Below, in pieces: positions 63,661 through 64,000 of a stretch of DNA of 64,000 nucleotides. Every line of letters starts with the position of its first letter. Within the stretch, counting starts at the first letter, position 1. The notes under the pieces are model-generated. The model made no database searches and was not told where the DNA came from. It worked only from the letters and a program-made list of their open reading frames with translations. Made by a program: the position numbers and the translations under genes. The DNA lies in assembly GCF_009834535.1 (NCBI RefSeq), contig NC_045707.1:60576001-60640000 (forward strand), in the 5' to 3' direction. This DNA comes from Camelus ferus (taxonomy: Eukaryota).

Positions 63661-64000
63661 ATATTGAATGAATCATACAGACTTTGCATATAAAACATTG
63701 CTCTGCTGTTGATCATTATAACAATTCAAAACTCAAACAGCCAAATTAGAGCACCAGGGCACTTCTGTTTAAAGTATTCTAACTCTTTAAACTTTTACTT
63801 AGAACGCTGCTTAATACGCAGTAGGCATTCACAAATAAATGAACAAATTCTTATTTTACTAATCCTCTAATAATTACTATCATTCTTTTCTGGAATCTTT
63901 TATTCCCTTATTGTCAGACTGTCAAGAATTCATTTTCCATTTCTTTTATGAGACTTAGGTTCTTATAAAACAACCACTTTTGGGTAGAGTTGCCCTATCA

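Overview
Mammalian non-coding DNA (intergenic or deep intronic), very probably camelid: three tRNA-derived SINEs resemble the Vic-1 type. I see no intact protein-coding gene, RNA gene or CRISPR-like array; the ORF track is chance ORFs or transposon relics. Much of the window is layered transposable elements: MIR, L2, L3/CR1, old L1M, ERVL-MaLR and ERVL LTRs, hAT DNA transposons, an ancient two-LTR ERVL provirus relic (5.6-9.3 kb), several ERV1-type LTRs (three with intact 4-bp TSDs), and artiodactyl-type L1s. A 100-N assembly gap lies at 55853-55952. The most unusual structure is at 42292-44750. There a 3'-truncated, internally inverted L1 abuts a 192-bp patch built from two pieces copied from 4 and 6 kb downstream, one direct and one inverted, joined by microhomology; this looks like a fossil template-switch repair event. 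Other points of interest are a twin-primed L1, stacked LTR insertions in one L2, a regularly spaced AP-1 cluster, a strong CTCF motif and a few repeat-free candidate enhancers. I found no convincing new biological system. Repeat family names come from my recall of consensus sequences, not a database search, and boundaries without TSDs are approximate.
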